Shown: positions 51,441 to 64,000 of the stretch, piece by piece
How positions within the stretch are numbered: position 1 is the first letter of the stretch
Layout: each line of letters starts with the position of its first letter
Source: the human T2T-CHM13v2.0 reference genome, Homo sapiens
Length of the DNA stretch: 64,000 nt
Assembly (NCBI RefSeq): GCF_009914755.1
Contig: NC_060928.1
Reading direction: 5' to 3' (one strand)
The notes under the pieces: model-generated
The model's database searches: none
What the model was told of the DNA's origin: nothing
The model's input: the letters and a program-made list of their open reading frames with translations, nothing else
Translations under genes and position numbers: made by a program

Positions 51441-52639
51441 TTGTGGAATATGTCAAAGAGGAAGTTGCCATATGGCTGTATAGATCATAAAAGAGCTTTT
51501 AGCTAGAAAATATACTCTAATACTCTTCTGCTCCACTCACCAGCAAAAGCCCAATCCTGTACCGGTCAGCAATTTACCAACTTTAATCATTCCTACAGCA
51601 GTGGTAGTAAGTATTGCTGAGAAAAAATAATGCAAAGCTATGTGTCTCAATGACACTCAGTGTTGATTTATGTTCTAAATCTCCACTGCTTCCCAAATGC
51701 CACTTGACCAAGTCATTTGTTTTACTTGGACAACTCCTTCTCTCTTTCCTCTCTTCAAGCAGTCTAAACGTTCCCCACTACTGTCTACCAGCTGTCAAAT
51801 GGCAATCCTCCGTTATTAACAGATTACCTCTCTAATTTTAGATGAAAACCAAAAAGAACATTGGGAGCAGTGTGTCTTTTAACTTTATTATACTCCTCTC
51901 TCCTGCTAGCTTATTTACAACTTAACTCTTTCCTCCAGTCTCAGAAAATTAAGTGTTATCCTGATAGCTTCTAGATAATAATCCGTCTCATCTCCTCTCT
52001 ATTCTCTTTTTCTCTGGGCTTCTTTTCAGCAGACTACAAACATGGACAAGTCTCAAGAGAGAATTTAAAAGTTTTTCCCTTGACATTGACTGTCCTTTTT
52101 ATTTAATCCCTACATGATGCCAAATTCTGCACCTGTTCCATGAATTTCATCTGTTCTTCCTTTTCAGGAAACACACACTGTTGATTATCCTGCCCTTTTC
52201 TTATATATTCTACTTCCCTCACCTAACTTGGTTCTTCTTACTAGTTTTTAATTATGCTCAAACTCTAAATCCCATTTCAGCTACTATTTTATCTACTTTT
52301 CCCCCTTACTAACATCTATTATCATTATTTCCAGTGCTTCTTTCCTTCTCCAACAATACAGATATATTTTTGGTTTGTATTACTTCTTTACCTTTGTTTA
52401 TATCTGTAATGCTTCTTTCCCTTCACCAGCCAAATTCCTACAGTCTTTCAAAGCTCAGCTTGGGCACTAACTCCTCTGACCGTTCATTCTAGGCTGAGTT
52501 ATGTGTCTCTAGATCCATCATGATACAGTCTACTGGTCATGCACATGAACCCTGAAGTCAAAAAATATGAGCCTAAGAGGTGACATTAATAGTTTATGCC
52601 AAGTGCAGAAGATTGTGATGAGAGTTGAGTTAATGCAAC

Positions 52640-53250
52640 TTCTCTTAGCCTGTGTTTCCTGGAATATATAAGTGATGCAAACGTTTTTGTGTGAATTTAT
52701 TATTTGAAGGTAAAATCCTAGAGAGGCAAGGGTGAAGTCAAATGAAGAAGAAAAGAGGAACGAGGCAGGTAAGGAGAGAACATATTCACAAGGTGGCGCG
52801 TTACAGAAGTAAGCACAGTGTTGCAATACAACAAAGCCAGTTGTTCAGTCATGTGAGGGAAAACTGATCTGTCATAAATCACTGAGTCAGGACAAGATAG
52901 ATGAGCAATTTTTCTGTGGCTCCTTCTACACTCCTGTCTTCCATCGGTCAAGTCACTTACTCCCCCACAAGTAAAGGTTAAGTTATTTTGTCTAGCAACT
53001 AATGGGGAAGCTGTAACCTCTGTGGGTTTAGTCTGACCACCACAAGGGTAGAATGGTCTCCTTTTACCAGTTGGCACGACAAGTGAGGGCTACCGGGCCT
53101 ATGGCAGGGCAGCAGGCAGGATTTTATGGCCACGTGAATGAAGCGAGATTTTGAGAGGTCCCCTCTGACCAAGAAGCAATGGACATTACTGAGGTGGGGA
53201 ACAGGCAGAGTGGTATGGATCTGGGGATGCACATAAACTGGGACCAATGT
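52640..53250 (-). mobile_element. Old ERVL LTR remnant (LTR16-like)
   Basis: Degenerate GTTTCCTGGAA...AATTTATTATTTGAAGGTAAAATCCTAGAGAGGCAAG; boundaries uncertain. Confidence 0.4.
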
Positions 53251-53835
53251 GCCAGGGAAGTTTAAAGCACACTACTTTACACATGGGAAGTACTCTGTCA
53301 GAACAGCTAACATCCAATTACAGTTAAATCACAGTGGTCTATTTACTGTTATGTCTCTTCTCTATTCATCTGTAAACTTCTTGAATATAGTTTTTACTCA
53401 TGTTTGTATCCCCAATTTCTAGCCTATAACATACAAGGCATTAGTACGTGTTCATAATTTGATTCAAATGCTATAATAGAGCCAAAAACAAAACTGGAGA
53501 GGGAAAGATTACTGTTACTGAAAAACAATTATTCCTCCAGTATTATTTTGGTGATCTAACAACAACCACATACATTTTCAAAAGGCAAAAGTACCATATT
53601 AGTTGTCTTCCATCCAGATCAACCATGTCATAGAGACATGATCATTGTTAACAGCTCTAAAAAGCTCAGAGTATCTGCTATCTGAAAAAAAAAAAAGAAT
53701 CAGTAAAACTTCTACCCTTCTCACTCATTTCTCTTTCAAAAACTTTCTCTGTGCCTTCATTTATGGTTGTGAATGTGAATTCCTGCTTTTCCTCTAAGCT
53801 TTTCTAAAAGGATATTCTAAACTTCATTGAATTCC

Positions 53836-53963
53836 ACTTCTCCTTTCCTTTTTCTTCTCTTCCCCTTTCCTTTTTTTCCCCCTTCTCTTCCCTTCCTTTC
53901 ACTCTCCTTCTTTACCCTACCTATTCCCTTTCCTTTCTTTCTATTTTCCTTCCTTTCCTTCTC
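53836..53963. repeat. Polypyrimidine low-complexity tract
   Basis: About 125 bp almost entirely C/T (TTTCC-like units). Confidence 0.9.
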
Positions 53964-54660
53964 TGTGGTGTTGGATTGGATGTTGAATTATTGATGAGAT
54001 CTCATGGTTTTCAATGTATTTTGATACATATAGAAATCAATACAGATGAAAATATCCATATATATTATGGGAGGATCTGTGAGAAGAGATAACCCAATAG
54101 CAGCTAGCACCCAAATATTGGTTTCTTAATTCCATTTGCTACTCAAAAGAAAAGATGTTCTTGGAGAAATGGTTGATTCCTAGGGCTGAGGCCAAGAAAG
54201 TAAAAGATGAGGCTGGAGTAATTGTGGTTCTGCTAAAATTATGGACACATGCCAAAAAGACTCAGAAGTCCACTTGAAAGGGCTCCCACTGGCCAAACCA
54301 GGAAAATTTTATCATAAAATTAAAGAATGGTCATATAGATTACAAAGCGTAAGATAAAATTGGAATCCACAAGCACATATGTATAAAAACAGATAGCTGA
54401 ATACATTAAAATTTTGATGAAGAACAATAAATGTATAAAATTTCAAAGTGCCACCCCAGAAAATATGTATTAATTAAAAAGAAAAATAAAGCTATATTTA
54501 CAGTAAGGATACCTAGCAGACACATCGTTAATCACTTGACTAAAATGAACATTCTCAGTAATAGGACAAATTGACACTGTGCACCACCAAGTAGGGTGCA
54601 ATAAGAATACAGAATCACTTCTATGTTTTTGTCAAAGACACATAACATGACTCTAAGCGT
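53964..54660 (+). mobile_element. L1MC-like 3' UTR fragment
   Basis: GTGGTGTTGGATTGGA...TTCTTGGAGAAATGGTTGATTCCTAGGGCTGAGGC...CACTTGAAAGGGCTCCCACTGGCCAAA. Confidence 0.7.
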
Positions 54661-55929
54661 AAGAATTTTATACTTTTAGGAAAACCAGAGCGAAAGAACA
54701 CACTGAGGGCTGGAAATTAGAAGAACTGAAAGAGGATCGAGGGTAATCTCTGTGAGGGTAGGACTTTTTGCTTGGAATAGTGTCTAGTGTGTAATGGGCA
54801 CTTAATAAATAAATTTTGAATAAATGAGAGTAAATTGAAAACAAGGGGATCCAAAAGATAAAATGTGGCCTACTTTACCATTTTTGTCTAACACTAATTT
54901 GAATGCCAGCCAATAGGTGTTAGAAATATTTGGGAGAGTACTACGGTCATAATTAACCCAGTTATGCTGAATAACTGCTCCTTAAGTAGTCCTGGTTTCA
55001 GCAGGAAACATTTAAAAATATTTTTTTCCATGATGTCTATTAATTCTAATGTAAATCCTTCTGATACTGCATAATGAATGCTAATCATGGATAAAAGATG
55101 GATGATGACTGTTCAAGTGCACTCTAATTTGATTTGGCATATCCAAAATATTTTTGTCCCCTGATAAAGCTTTTACAATAAATGTCTCAGTGTTCCTGCC
55201 AGAAGATATCAACATGACAAATACAGAAAAACTATTGAATGCAGGTTAAGAACAACTTCCAAGTGTGGAACAATTCCCAAGTGTCTTGATATAATATAGC
55301 AGCAAAAACAAAAGAAATGTTCTTCAGTGATCAGTATTCTTATGTCCGGTTGTTGATGGCAACAGAAAATATCACCATATAAACCAAACCCCAGAGTTCC
55401 CATCAGTCTTTATGGATGGAACCCAGCTTGTAAGGCTGCCCAGAATCGAGTGGGAATTAATTCTTTCTAGACACCATGTGTCAACCTAATTTGTGGATTC
55501 CTTCCCTCCTGAGTTGTTGGCAGAGGAAAATATAGTGTCAGTTGCATTGTTTTCTACCTGAGCCATGGTTAGTTCACGCTGGTGTCAATATGAGCAATTA
55601 CCAACAGAAATGAAGTGGTGACTGATGTATATTCAAAATTTTGGAATTTCTGAAATATTTAAATTAAATCCTCTGCTAATGTGATAATACATTTTTATGT
55701 GAAAAAAAGTCCTGTTTCTGAAATTCTATTGATACATCATCAAATATTTTATTGTTTTCTTGCACACCATAAATCAACAGCTGTATGTCCATCCTTATCT
55801 TAATTCTACATGTAATGTAGGTACATCTAATCCTACATGTAATGCTATATATATTTTTCCCATGCCTTTTGTTTATGGTCATTGGTAAAGATTGAATACT
55901 TTTGATTTATTATCTATCTTGGTTTGTGG

Positions 55930-56910
55930 GGCCAACATTCACTCAATAACCTAAATTAAAATCTTGGAATTTATTCTTAACGTTTTCTTTCCTCACCTCC
56001 TCCAACTCCATTCATCTTACCTCCAATAATCACGTCCCATTTACTTTACTCCTAAATATTTTTATAATTCATCTCCTTTGTCCAGTATTATCACTGTCAA
56101 TCTTTAGAGCCTCTCAGATTACTTTAAGAGCCTCCTAACTTGTCTTCCTATACCTAGTCTTGGTCCCATTCTTCACATAACAGCCAGAAAGTTTTAAAAT
56201 CTCACCTAAAATCTTCAAATTGTTAACCATCAATTACTCTACAAGGAGGCTGACTTTAACTATTCAATATCAGATCCCTGGTACCCAGAACACTGCCTGA
56301 CCTAAGGTGAGCACATGACAATTATTTGTTGAAGGAATTAATATATGGTTCTGAACCAGGAGAGCATGACAGAAATACCTGGGATTCTTCACACTGCACA
56401 CATGAACTTTCAGCTAGAGTCTCTGTTAGCTTCCAGACCTAGAGAACAGAGCCTACTTTTCTTGGCATTGTGTGCCGGGACCTTCCTAATCTAGCTGATG
56501 TGCACAATCCTAGCATCAGCTCCTGCAGTGTCCTTTAATTCTGTATCCTCAAGTAATGACAAATTACTTGGAACACTGACACAATGCCTCAATTTCTTGC
56601 CCTGTTCATATTAAATATAGTTAACCTCCTCTTTTTCCTTTACAAGGATTTACCCTGATCAGTGCTCCTCCCTCCCCTGCAGCCTTAGCAACTCACATCT
56701 TTCCTAGACTATGGAAGATACTCAGAATACTTCGTGCATTTAACTATTGTTGCCTTTATTACCTTGCTTTGTAACCATCTGTTCAAACATCATTCATCCT
56801 CCCTAGAGTGTGATACTTGGGGAGTGGAAACCATGACTTCTTCACCTTTGTATTCTCAGTACAAAACATAGGGCTTTATACACTCAATATCAACATGTTG
56901 AATGAATAAT
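55930..56910 (+). mobile_element. L2 fragments (two 3' ends, near 56340 and 56905)
   Basis: AGCCTCCTAACTTGTCTTCC...CCATTCTTCACATAACAGCCAGA; termini ATTTGTTGAAGGAAT and ATGTTGAATGAATAA. Confidence 0.6.
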
Positions 56911-59792
56911 TGTGGTCCAAATTAGAAGAAAAATAATAGGGATTGTACTATATTAATGTTTCTATTGTGTTTGTGCTTTTAAAAATTAAGACTTTTTAAT
57001 CAAATTCTTTGTCCCAGTGAGTAACAATAAAAAGTATATTTAAATTTCAGCAGTCAGATCACATTTTAACATTATATTTTTGCCTTTCTCAGAAGGAACC
57101 TAGGCTTTTCTAACACCTCTTTTGTTGGCATCTGTAATCAAGACGTTAGCTTTCACTCATACTGATCAAATATTACTAATCATAATAGAAATGTAAGGAA
57201 ATTGTTGTTTAAATTTGTGGCTTTACCTTCTTTGCTAAGTCTATTTGCTGGTGTTCTATCTTTAGTAAATAGAGTTCACATAAGCTCCGTCTTTCTAAAT
57301 CACAGGCATCACATTTGAAATGAAATAAAAAGACTTTTGTGCAGAGCTGCTTTTTGTGTGATTGTGAGGTCTGTCCTTTAATTAGCATTCCTATCTGTTG
57401 TTTGCAAAGCATGCTGTTTAATCCAATTTCTGTAAAAAAAGAAAGCCAGAAGAGTATTTCTTGCACAAAGAGACAGTGACAGAAAAATATGTTTGAATCT
57501 TTTAATCAAAGGGATATGAGCCACTTAAGCTTGGATATTCACTGCTTCTGCAAGAGTTCTGATGGGCAGAAGACTCAACGGCACTGGTGCTTGGGAGACA
57601 TGCACTGGGGCTGAGGCAAAGATGGTGGAACTTGGAAGACATGCAGTAGGGCTTAGGTGAGACCTAGTTGGATGCAGAATGTCTCTCTGTGAAGCATGGT
57701 TGCTATTTTTGTTAGAAGTAATTGGTGGTCAATAGGGACTGGCTTTGTCACTTCTACTCTTTTGAAATGAGCCTGATGTGTCTCTTGTTATCCATGGAAA
57801 TGCCACCTTTATCCCCACTGTACTTTTCAATTCATTATCCCCTTTGGACAAGTGATTGAGTCCTCCTGTAATGTCTTTAATGGAAGCTGTGTTACTTAAC
57901 CAAGGAAGCTTGGGATGGAAAAGACAGGTATTTATTTGTAATGGGGTCACCCTGTATCAGGTGAAACTCTCTGCTTATGGGTCAAATGCAAGTGTCACAC
58001 TGAGTGGATGTTTCTGTGGGATGAGCACAGAGTGGAGCTGGTTCACGCTGCGGTTTCTTAGCCACCTGTCTTGGAAAATATGTACTGCTAACCAGCTTGT
58101 AAGTCATCCTTGTTGACAACTAATATCATGGAATAGTAAGACTCAAAGATAGAAGTTGGTCATTTTTAAAAAATTTATATATGAATACTTTGTCTTGTTG
58201 ATATGTCAGAAACTGAAAATTCTAGTAACCGGACTCCTCTTTGTCTACTATGCGGGGATGGAGGGGTGGTGTGGTGGGCAGGTCCTGGCAAATATTAGCT
58301 TTATCTTTGCCCTTCTGAATAGGATTGACCTAGTTTCTATGATAAAAATCTTTGTAGGGTATAATTTATGTATTGGGAATCACCTTATCTTTTCTCAAAC
58401 TTTTCACCTTCAGTACTTTAGAAAACTTAAATTTACTTTAGTAAATCACTGTACTTTATTAAAGTTTTTATTCTTTGTTTTTGAAAAATGCAGAGAGCCC
58501 ATATTGTACATTAATCCATTCTGATTTCTCCCCAGTGTTCTGTTTTCAAAATTCAAACAAATTACTAAGTTACATATGTTTCAGTCACTAAAAGTTTTGA
58601 CCATGGTTCTGCTCCTAACTAGCTGGATAAAGTATGGGTATGTTTATTTTACAAATAAAATAATGGGATTGGATGACAGCTTTCTCACCTTTTGCTTTTA
58701 TGAGCTTATGAGCTTATGTACTTTGGGAGGCTATACGACTTGGTATATTACCTATGAAGTGGCATAATATCATCCCTACAAATTATCTGTATAGTATTTA
58801 TTCTATTCATTTCTATGAAAGTTTAATCTTTATCAATTCAGTAAAATAAAGTAACTAACACAATCTTAGAAAGCAGCCAGGTTATGAGCATCATTGAAGG
58901 TTTATTACAACGTACTTTCCCTCAGCTGTCAGGACGTGGCCCATTCTAATGAACGAATGAACCAAGCAAGGCATGTGGCTCTAAGAATCTATCCAACTCA
59001 AATAAAACATAGGCCAACCACCTTAACATATAACAATGAGGGATTTTCTTTTCATTTTAAAAATAATTTCCTAAGAAAAGTATTGGCCATAAAACTAAAA
59101 ATATATGTAGGATACACTTAAAATAATAAGTTTATTCAGTACAGGCAATAAAACGTATCATATAGGGACAATAAAAATGTGTCAAGTAGCTACCGTGTAC
59201 CAGGCTTTTGTCTAATAATTGAGGGTGTAAGATGTATTAGGCAAGCTGCTTTAAGGAACTTATAATCTAGGTAGTGAATAAAGTCAACTGCAAGGAGTGT
59301 TTTAATAAAATATGGTGAGTTTAATGTGAACTCTGATATGGAGGCAAAGAGAAGACATCTTTAGAAGAAAGATTGGGCAAATGAATCAGACAGATTCTAG
59401 GAAAGAAAATATCAAAGCCACATTTTGAACAATGTGCAGGAATTTGCCAGGTTGGAAGTGTCTTACTGTAAGTGTCAAAGGTGTGAATGTAGCTGTAGCG
59501 GTAGCAGGCAAGAGAGGGAGGCAAATAGCTTGAGGTAAAGAAGGAGCATATAGAGAAAGTTTATATTTTATTAAATGTAGCAATTAAACAGATGGATGTG
59601 GTATAGAGAAAGCATCTAATTTGTTAACTATTTTTTTAATTGGTTGGTTTGCAGCCATATAGATCCAATTGCAGGTAACACTTAACTTTGCAAAGACAAA
59701 TGCAATGTTAATTTATGAGGAAGACCAAATAACCAGTGACTCTGCTAATTAAACACAGTGTTATGGTAGAACTCTTTCCTTTATATATGATA

Positions 59793-60127
59793 CAGTCATC
59801 CCTCTGTAGCTGTGGGTTCCACAACCATGGATTCAACCAACTGTAGTCCAAAAATATTCACAAAAAGTTGCATCTGTATGGAAAATGTACAGATGTTTTT
59901 CCTTGTCATTATTTCATAAACAAGACAGTATAACAACTATTTACATAGCATTTACATTCTATTAGGTATTATAAGTAACCTAGAGATGATTTAAAGTAAA
60001 CAAGAGGGATGTGTGTAGGTTATTTGCAAATATTACACCATCTTATATCATGAACTTTAGCATCTGTAAATTTTGGTGCCCATGGGGGTCCCAGAACCCA
60101 TCCATTATGGATACTGAGAAGTTACTA
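59793..60127 (-). mobile_element. MER2 (Tigger-family MITE)
   Basis: TA-CAGTCATCCCTCTGTA...ACAACTATTTACATAGCATTTACATT...CTAGAGATGATTTAAAGTA...GATACTGAGAAGTTACTA-TA; TA target duplications. Confidence 0.85.
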
Positions 60128-60309
60128 TAATTATTACTTAACTGTTACTTAAATAAATATTTTAAATTATATCACAGAAAAAAAATTGGGAAGTGAAGGT
60201 AAAAAAGAAGTTCACCAACATAACACGTTGACACTCTTTTACTTTTGAGTTCCTTGCATTTCTTTACATTTACTTTTTTATTTTGTATAATATAATAATA
60301 ATAATATTT

Positions 60310-61370
60310 ACTATTTTTAATGTATAGTTTCAAGTTTTGACAAATGTAGTCATGTAACCACTGGCACAATCAAGAAACAGAACAGTTCATTTCCCTCCAA
60401 AAATCCACTCATGCTGCCCTTTTGTTGTCAAACCCTTCTGCCACTCTTGACCTCTAGCCACTACTGATCTACTCACTATCCCTGTAGTTTTGCTTTTTTC
60501 ATATAAATGGCTATAGAATGTCATATAAATGGAATCAAACAAGTTGTATCAATTTGCCCACAGATTCTATCACTTAGCATAATGCATTTGAGTTAAGATT
60601 CATCCATGTGGTTGCATGGATCAACATGCATACACACACACACAGACACATACACACACATATATGTATATTTATAAATGATTGGCAAAATATACCATAT
60701 ATTTGGTATTTTTGAGAATGCCACCGAATGGATACACCACAGTTTATGAATCACCAGTTTAAGTATATTTGCATTGCTTCTAGTTTTTGGAGATTATAAC
60801 TAAAGTTGCTATAAACATGCATGTATAGAGTTTTGTGTAAATAAAAGATTTCATTTTTACAAGTTGGACTGTTGAGTCATGTGGTAAGTATATATTTAAT
60901 TTTATAAGAACCTGCAAAACTGTTTCTAAAACAACTACCATTTTGCATCCCCACAAGATGTATACGAGAGTTCTAGTTAATCTAATTCTTCACCAGCACT
61001 TGATATTGTCAACATTTTTTAAGCTATCCTAATATATTAGTGGTATTTTATAGTAGTTTTAATTTGTATTTTCTTAATAATTGAAAATGTTGAGCATCCT
61101 TACTTCTGCTTATTTGCCATCCAAGTATCTTTGGTAAAATACAAATTCAAATCTTCTGACTATTTTTAAATTGTTTGTTTTCCTACAGTTGAGCTTAAGA
61201 GTTCTTTTCATATTCTTGATACAAGTCCTTTGTTGGATGATTAATTTGAAAATATTTTCTCTCAGCATGGTCCTGTCTTTTCATTCCTTTAATAGTGTCT
61301 TTTTGCAAAGAAAAATTTTAATTTTGGTGAGGTTCTATTTATCATTTTTTATCATATATAAATGATTCTT
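60310..61370 (-). mobile_element. Old L1M (MC/ME-like) 3' region with an embedded (CA)n tract
   Basis: TAGAATGTCATATAAATGGAATCA...CACTTAGCATAATGCATTTGAG...GTTGAGCATC...GCTTATTTGCCATC. Confidence 0.8.
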
Positions 61371-61935
61371 TGGGTGTGATTTTTATCCATTTAAAAATAT
61401 GTTTTAAAACATTTGTAACCATAGAATACATGCAATTTTTATTCTCTGTTTTCATTGAGTATTATATCAACGGTACCTTTTAGTGTTATATACTTTCAAC
61501 AATCATTGAAAAAATAACATAGTTTTCTGTAGAGGATAATACTCCATGGATTTATTCAGCATCAATGTATTAAATGCCTGTTATGTACAGAACATTACAG
61601 AAGCAAGCAAAACAGTAATGGTTCTTACCTTCATATTAAGCTCACATTTTATTACAAAATCCTCCAAAATTGCTTTATCTATTTCTTAAAAGTGCAGACT
61701 ATCTAGTCCTTTCCCTGATTTAATAGATGTGAGGTGCAGCCCTCAAAATTTTTTTACAATTACCTATAAGTCAAATTTCAATAACATTAATTACATAGAC
61801 ATTAGTAATATTATACAATGTTTCATAATTATTTTAACTTTATTGAATATTTAGATCACTTTTGTGTTTTTCTATAATAAATAATTATGTTAACAATGTC
61901 CCTTCATTATTGTTAGCAAAGTCCATCAACACAGG

Positions 61936-62307
61936 TGTCTTAGTTGTGTTTTTATAACAGAGTACCACAGACTGGGTAATTTACAATGAACAGGAATTTA
62001 TTGCCTCATGATTCTGGAGGCTGGGAATTCCAAGACTTGGGGGGCTGCCATCTGATGAGGACCTTCTTGCTACATCATCCCATGAAAGAAGTGCAAAGAG
62101 AGAGCAAGAGGGAATAAGAAGGGACTGAATGCATTATTTTATAAGAAACCCACTTCTGTGATAATGACTTTAATCCACTAATGAAGGTGGTGCCCCGTGA
62201 CCTGAACACCTCCTGTTAGGCCTCTCCTTTCAATATCACTGAAAGTTAATCATTGGAAATTAAGTTTTTAACACATGAACTCTGGTGGACACATTCAAAC
62301 CATAGCA
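61936..62307 (-). mobile_element. MST/MLT1A-like MaLR solo LTR
   Basis: TGTCTTAG...TACCACAGACTGGGTAATTTA...TTCTGGAGGCTGGGAA...GGACACATTCAAACCATAGCA. Confidence 0.88.
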
Positions 62308-63949
62308 ACTTGGCAACAATAAAGATGAACAGTATTGAACTGATAGAGAAATCCACATACATATGCACTCTATGAAAACAAATTACATTGTGTTCTGTGC
62401 AACAACTGATAACAGCAAGGTCCAGATTGCTTAAAAAGTAGGTATAATCTTATCTTTGCATGAACCCAACTTGAGTCTACATTTATGGAAATAAGATAGC
62501 TTTTTTGAGTGTGACTACTTCAGATAAACAGTATGAATTACATTTATGTTGTTTTCCTGAGAATGTCTTAAAGCATTTTCAGAAGGCTGGAACTATCTGG
62601 GAAGATGAATGAAACACCCTGAAGGATCACAGAAATTTTGAGCCAAACAAATGATGTTCTTTTCAACCAAAGTTGTAGCAGCTGCACTTTATTTAGTTCT
62701 TTGAACTTCTAACTCTATTCTCTCCCTATAGGAGAGCAGAATACCCAGGAAAGTTGACAAAATATACATGATTATTGTGATTGGGGCCAAATATGAGGAG
62801 TTGAATGAAACATTAATACAAACCCATCTTCTTCAGTGACCTTAGCACTGCCTCAGGTTTTGCCAAATTAGTACATGTATGACCTGGTTATTGGCCTTTT
62901 GAAACTCGAAACTTCTTAACTGACTTAAAAGAATCTATCTACACAGAATAAGAGTAAGAGTTTGAGTAAGAGCTTGTTTCTTACTTCACACAAATATGCA
63001 TGGTGAATCTTTCTAGAAAGAAATGACCAAATTCCAGAATTTCAGGATCAGTATAATACAATACTCAAATAAATGATGGATGGGTACAGTGTAAGTATCT
63101 ATTTCTACTAACTATAAACTTTGAAGAGGCATAAAAATGAAATGTGGTAGGTTTATATAAAGAATATGTGTGAAAAAATATATGCTCAATAGCTGGTTTC
63201 CATATCTTAATTATTATGTCCAACATACTGCAAATTTTTAAATAATCATTTTCACCAAGTTCAAAGAACTCTCTCAAGTTCAACACTTTGGAAAGCACAA
63301 AAATATTTCCAGGCTTTCAATCATGAATTTCAGCCCTTGTACCCAATTTTTTAAGACAAAGACACAGTCAAAAGCTAACAAACTTCTACTAGTTCTTAAA
63401 ATATGAAAAACACTCAACTCACCTAAGGGAATGGAGAAAGAAACTATTTTTATTATATACTGGGTGTCAGTAATTTTGCATGGTTCTCTCATTTTACCCA
63501 TACAATACTCTTTCAAGGTTGACGTAATCATTTTAGGAATGAACTAAGTCAGAGTAACCTTGAAGTGAAGCTTTCCTTAACCTTTAACATTTTGTACCTC
63601 CAAAGCAAATGTAAAAAGCAATCTCTGTTGATGGGGTAGAATCAGGTGATCTCATGAATATGTTATTAGTTGGTGTCAGAAATAAAACTGTAAGAAGATG
63701 CCATACCGTTGCAATACTCCTTGCCTACCATTGAAAGACACTAGAATAATGAACAGAATACTCAGTGTTTGCAGGATGAATGTGTCTAAATGATTGCCCG
63801 TAACACTTGAAAAGGAACATGATCTTCTTGATCCGTCTATCCACAAACTAATAATTTCTCTCTCTCTCTCTTAACTTTTATCAAATAAATACTGTGAAAC
63901 TGGTCTCTTAATCCACATTATTATTAATACTTTTAAAAATCCAAACAGA

Positions 63950-64000
63950 ATTTTGTGATTCCTGATTTACAGATGAGGAAACTAAGCCCTGGAGATGTGA
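63950..64000 (-). mobile_element. MIR core (runs off window)
   Basis: TTTACAGATGAGGAAACTAAGCCCTGGAGA. Confidence 0.6.

Noticed and set aside
54859-54874. 16-bp match TAAAATGTGGCCTACT to 30011-30026
   Set aside because: About one such match is expected by chance in 64 kb of AT-rich DNA; no flanking similarity.

Overview
This is primate, most likely human, intergenic or intronic DNA: AT-rich, CpG-depleted and dominated by interspersed repeats. No intact protein-coding gene is supported; apart from one olfactory-receptor pseudogene fragment, the ORF-track entries look spurious or repeat-derived. The window opens in the 5' end of a minus-strand HERV-H provirus (LTR7, tRNA-His primer binding site, splice donor, leader repeats). 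It also holds Alu, L1, L2, MIR, MaLR, ERVL, an LTR13-like solo LTR and DNA-transposon fossils. Repeat names were assigned from memory of consensus sequences, so subfamilies and boundaries are approximate. Two structures stand out. (1) A 5'-truncated L1PA at 29032-29399 carries ~635 bp of antisense genomic OR7E pseudogene sequence and a second A-rich tail, all inside an 18-bp target-site duplication, i.e. an L1 3' transduction. (2) A 230-bp insertion at 24131-24360, inside an L2, is stitched from two nearby donors (30922-31121, then 27940-27969), i.e. a templated or circle-junction insertion. I found no new multi-gene system; the novelty is in local rearrangement history and retroviral regulatory elements.
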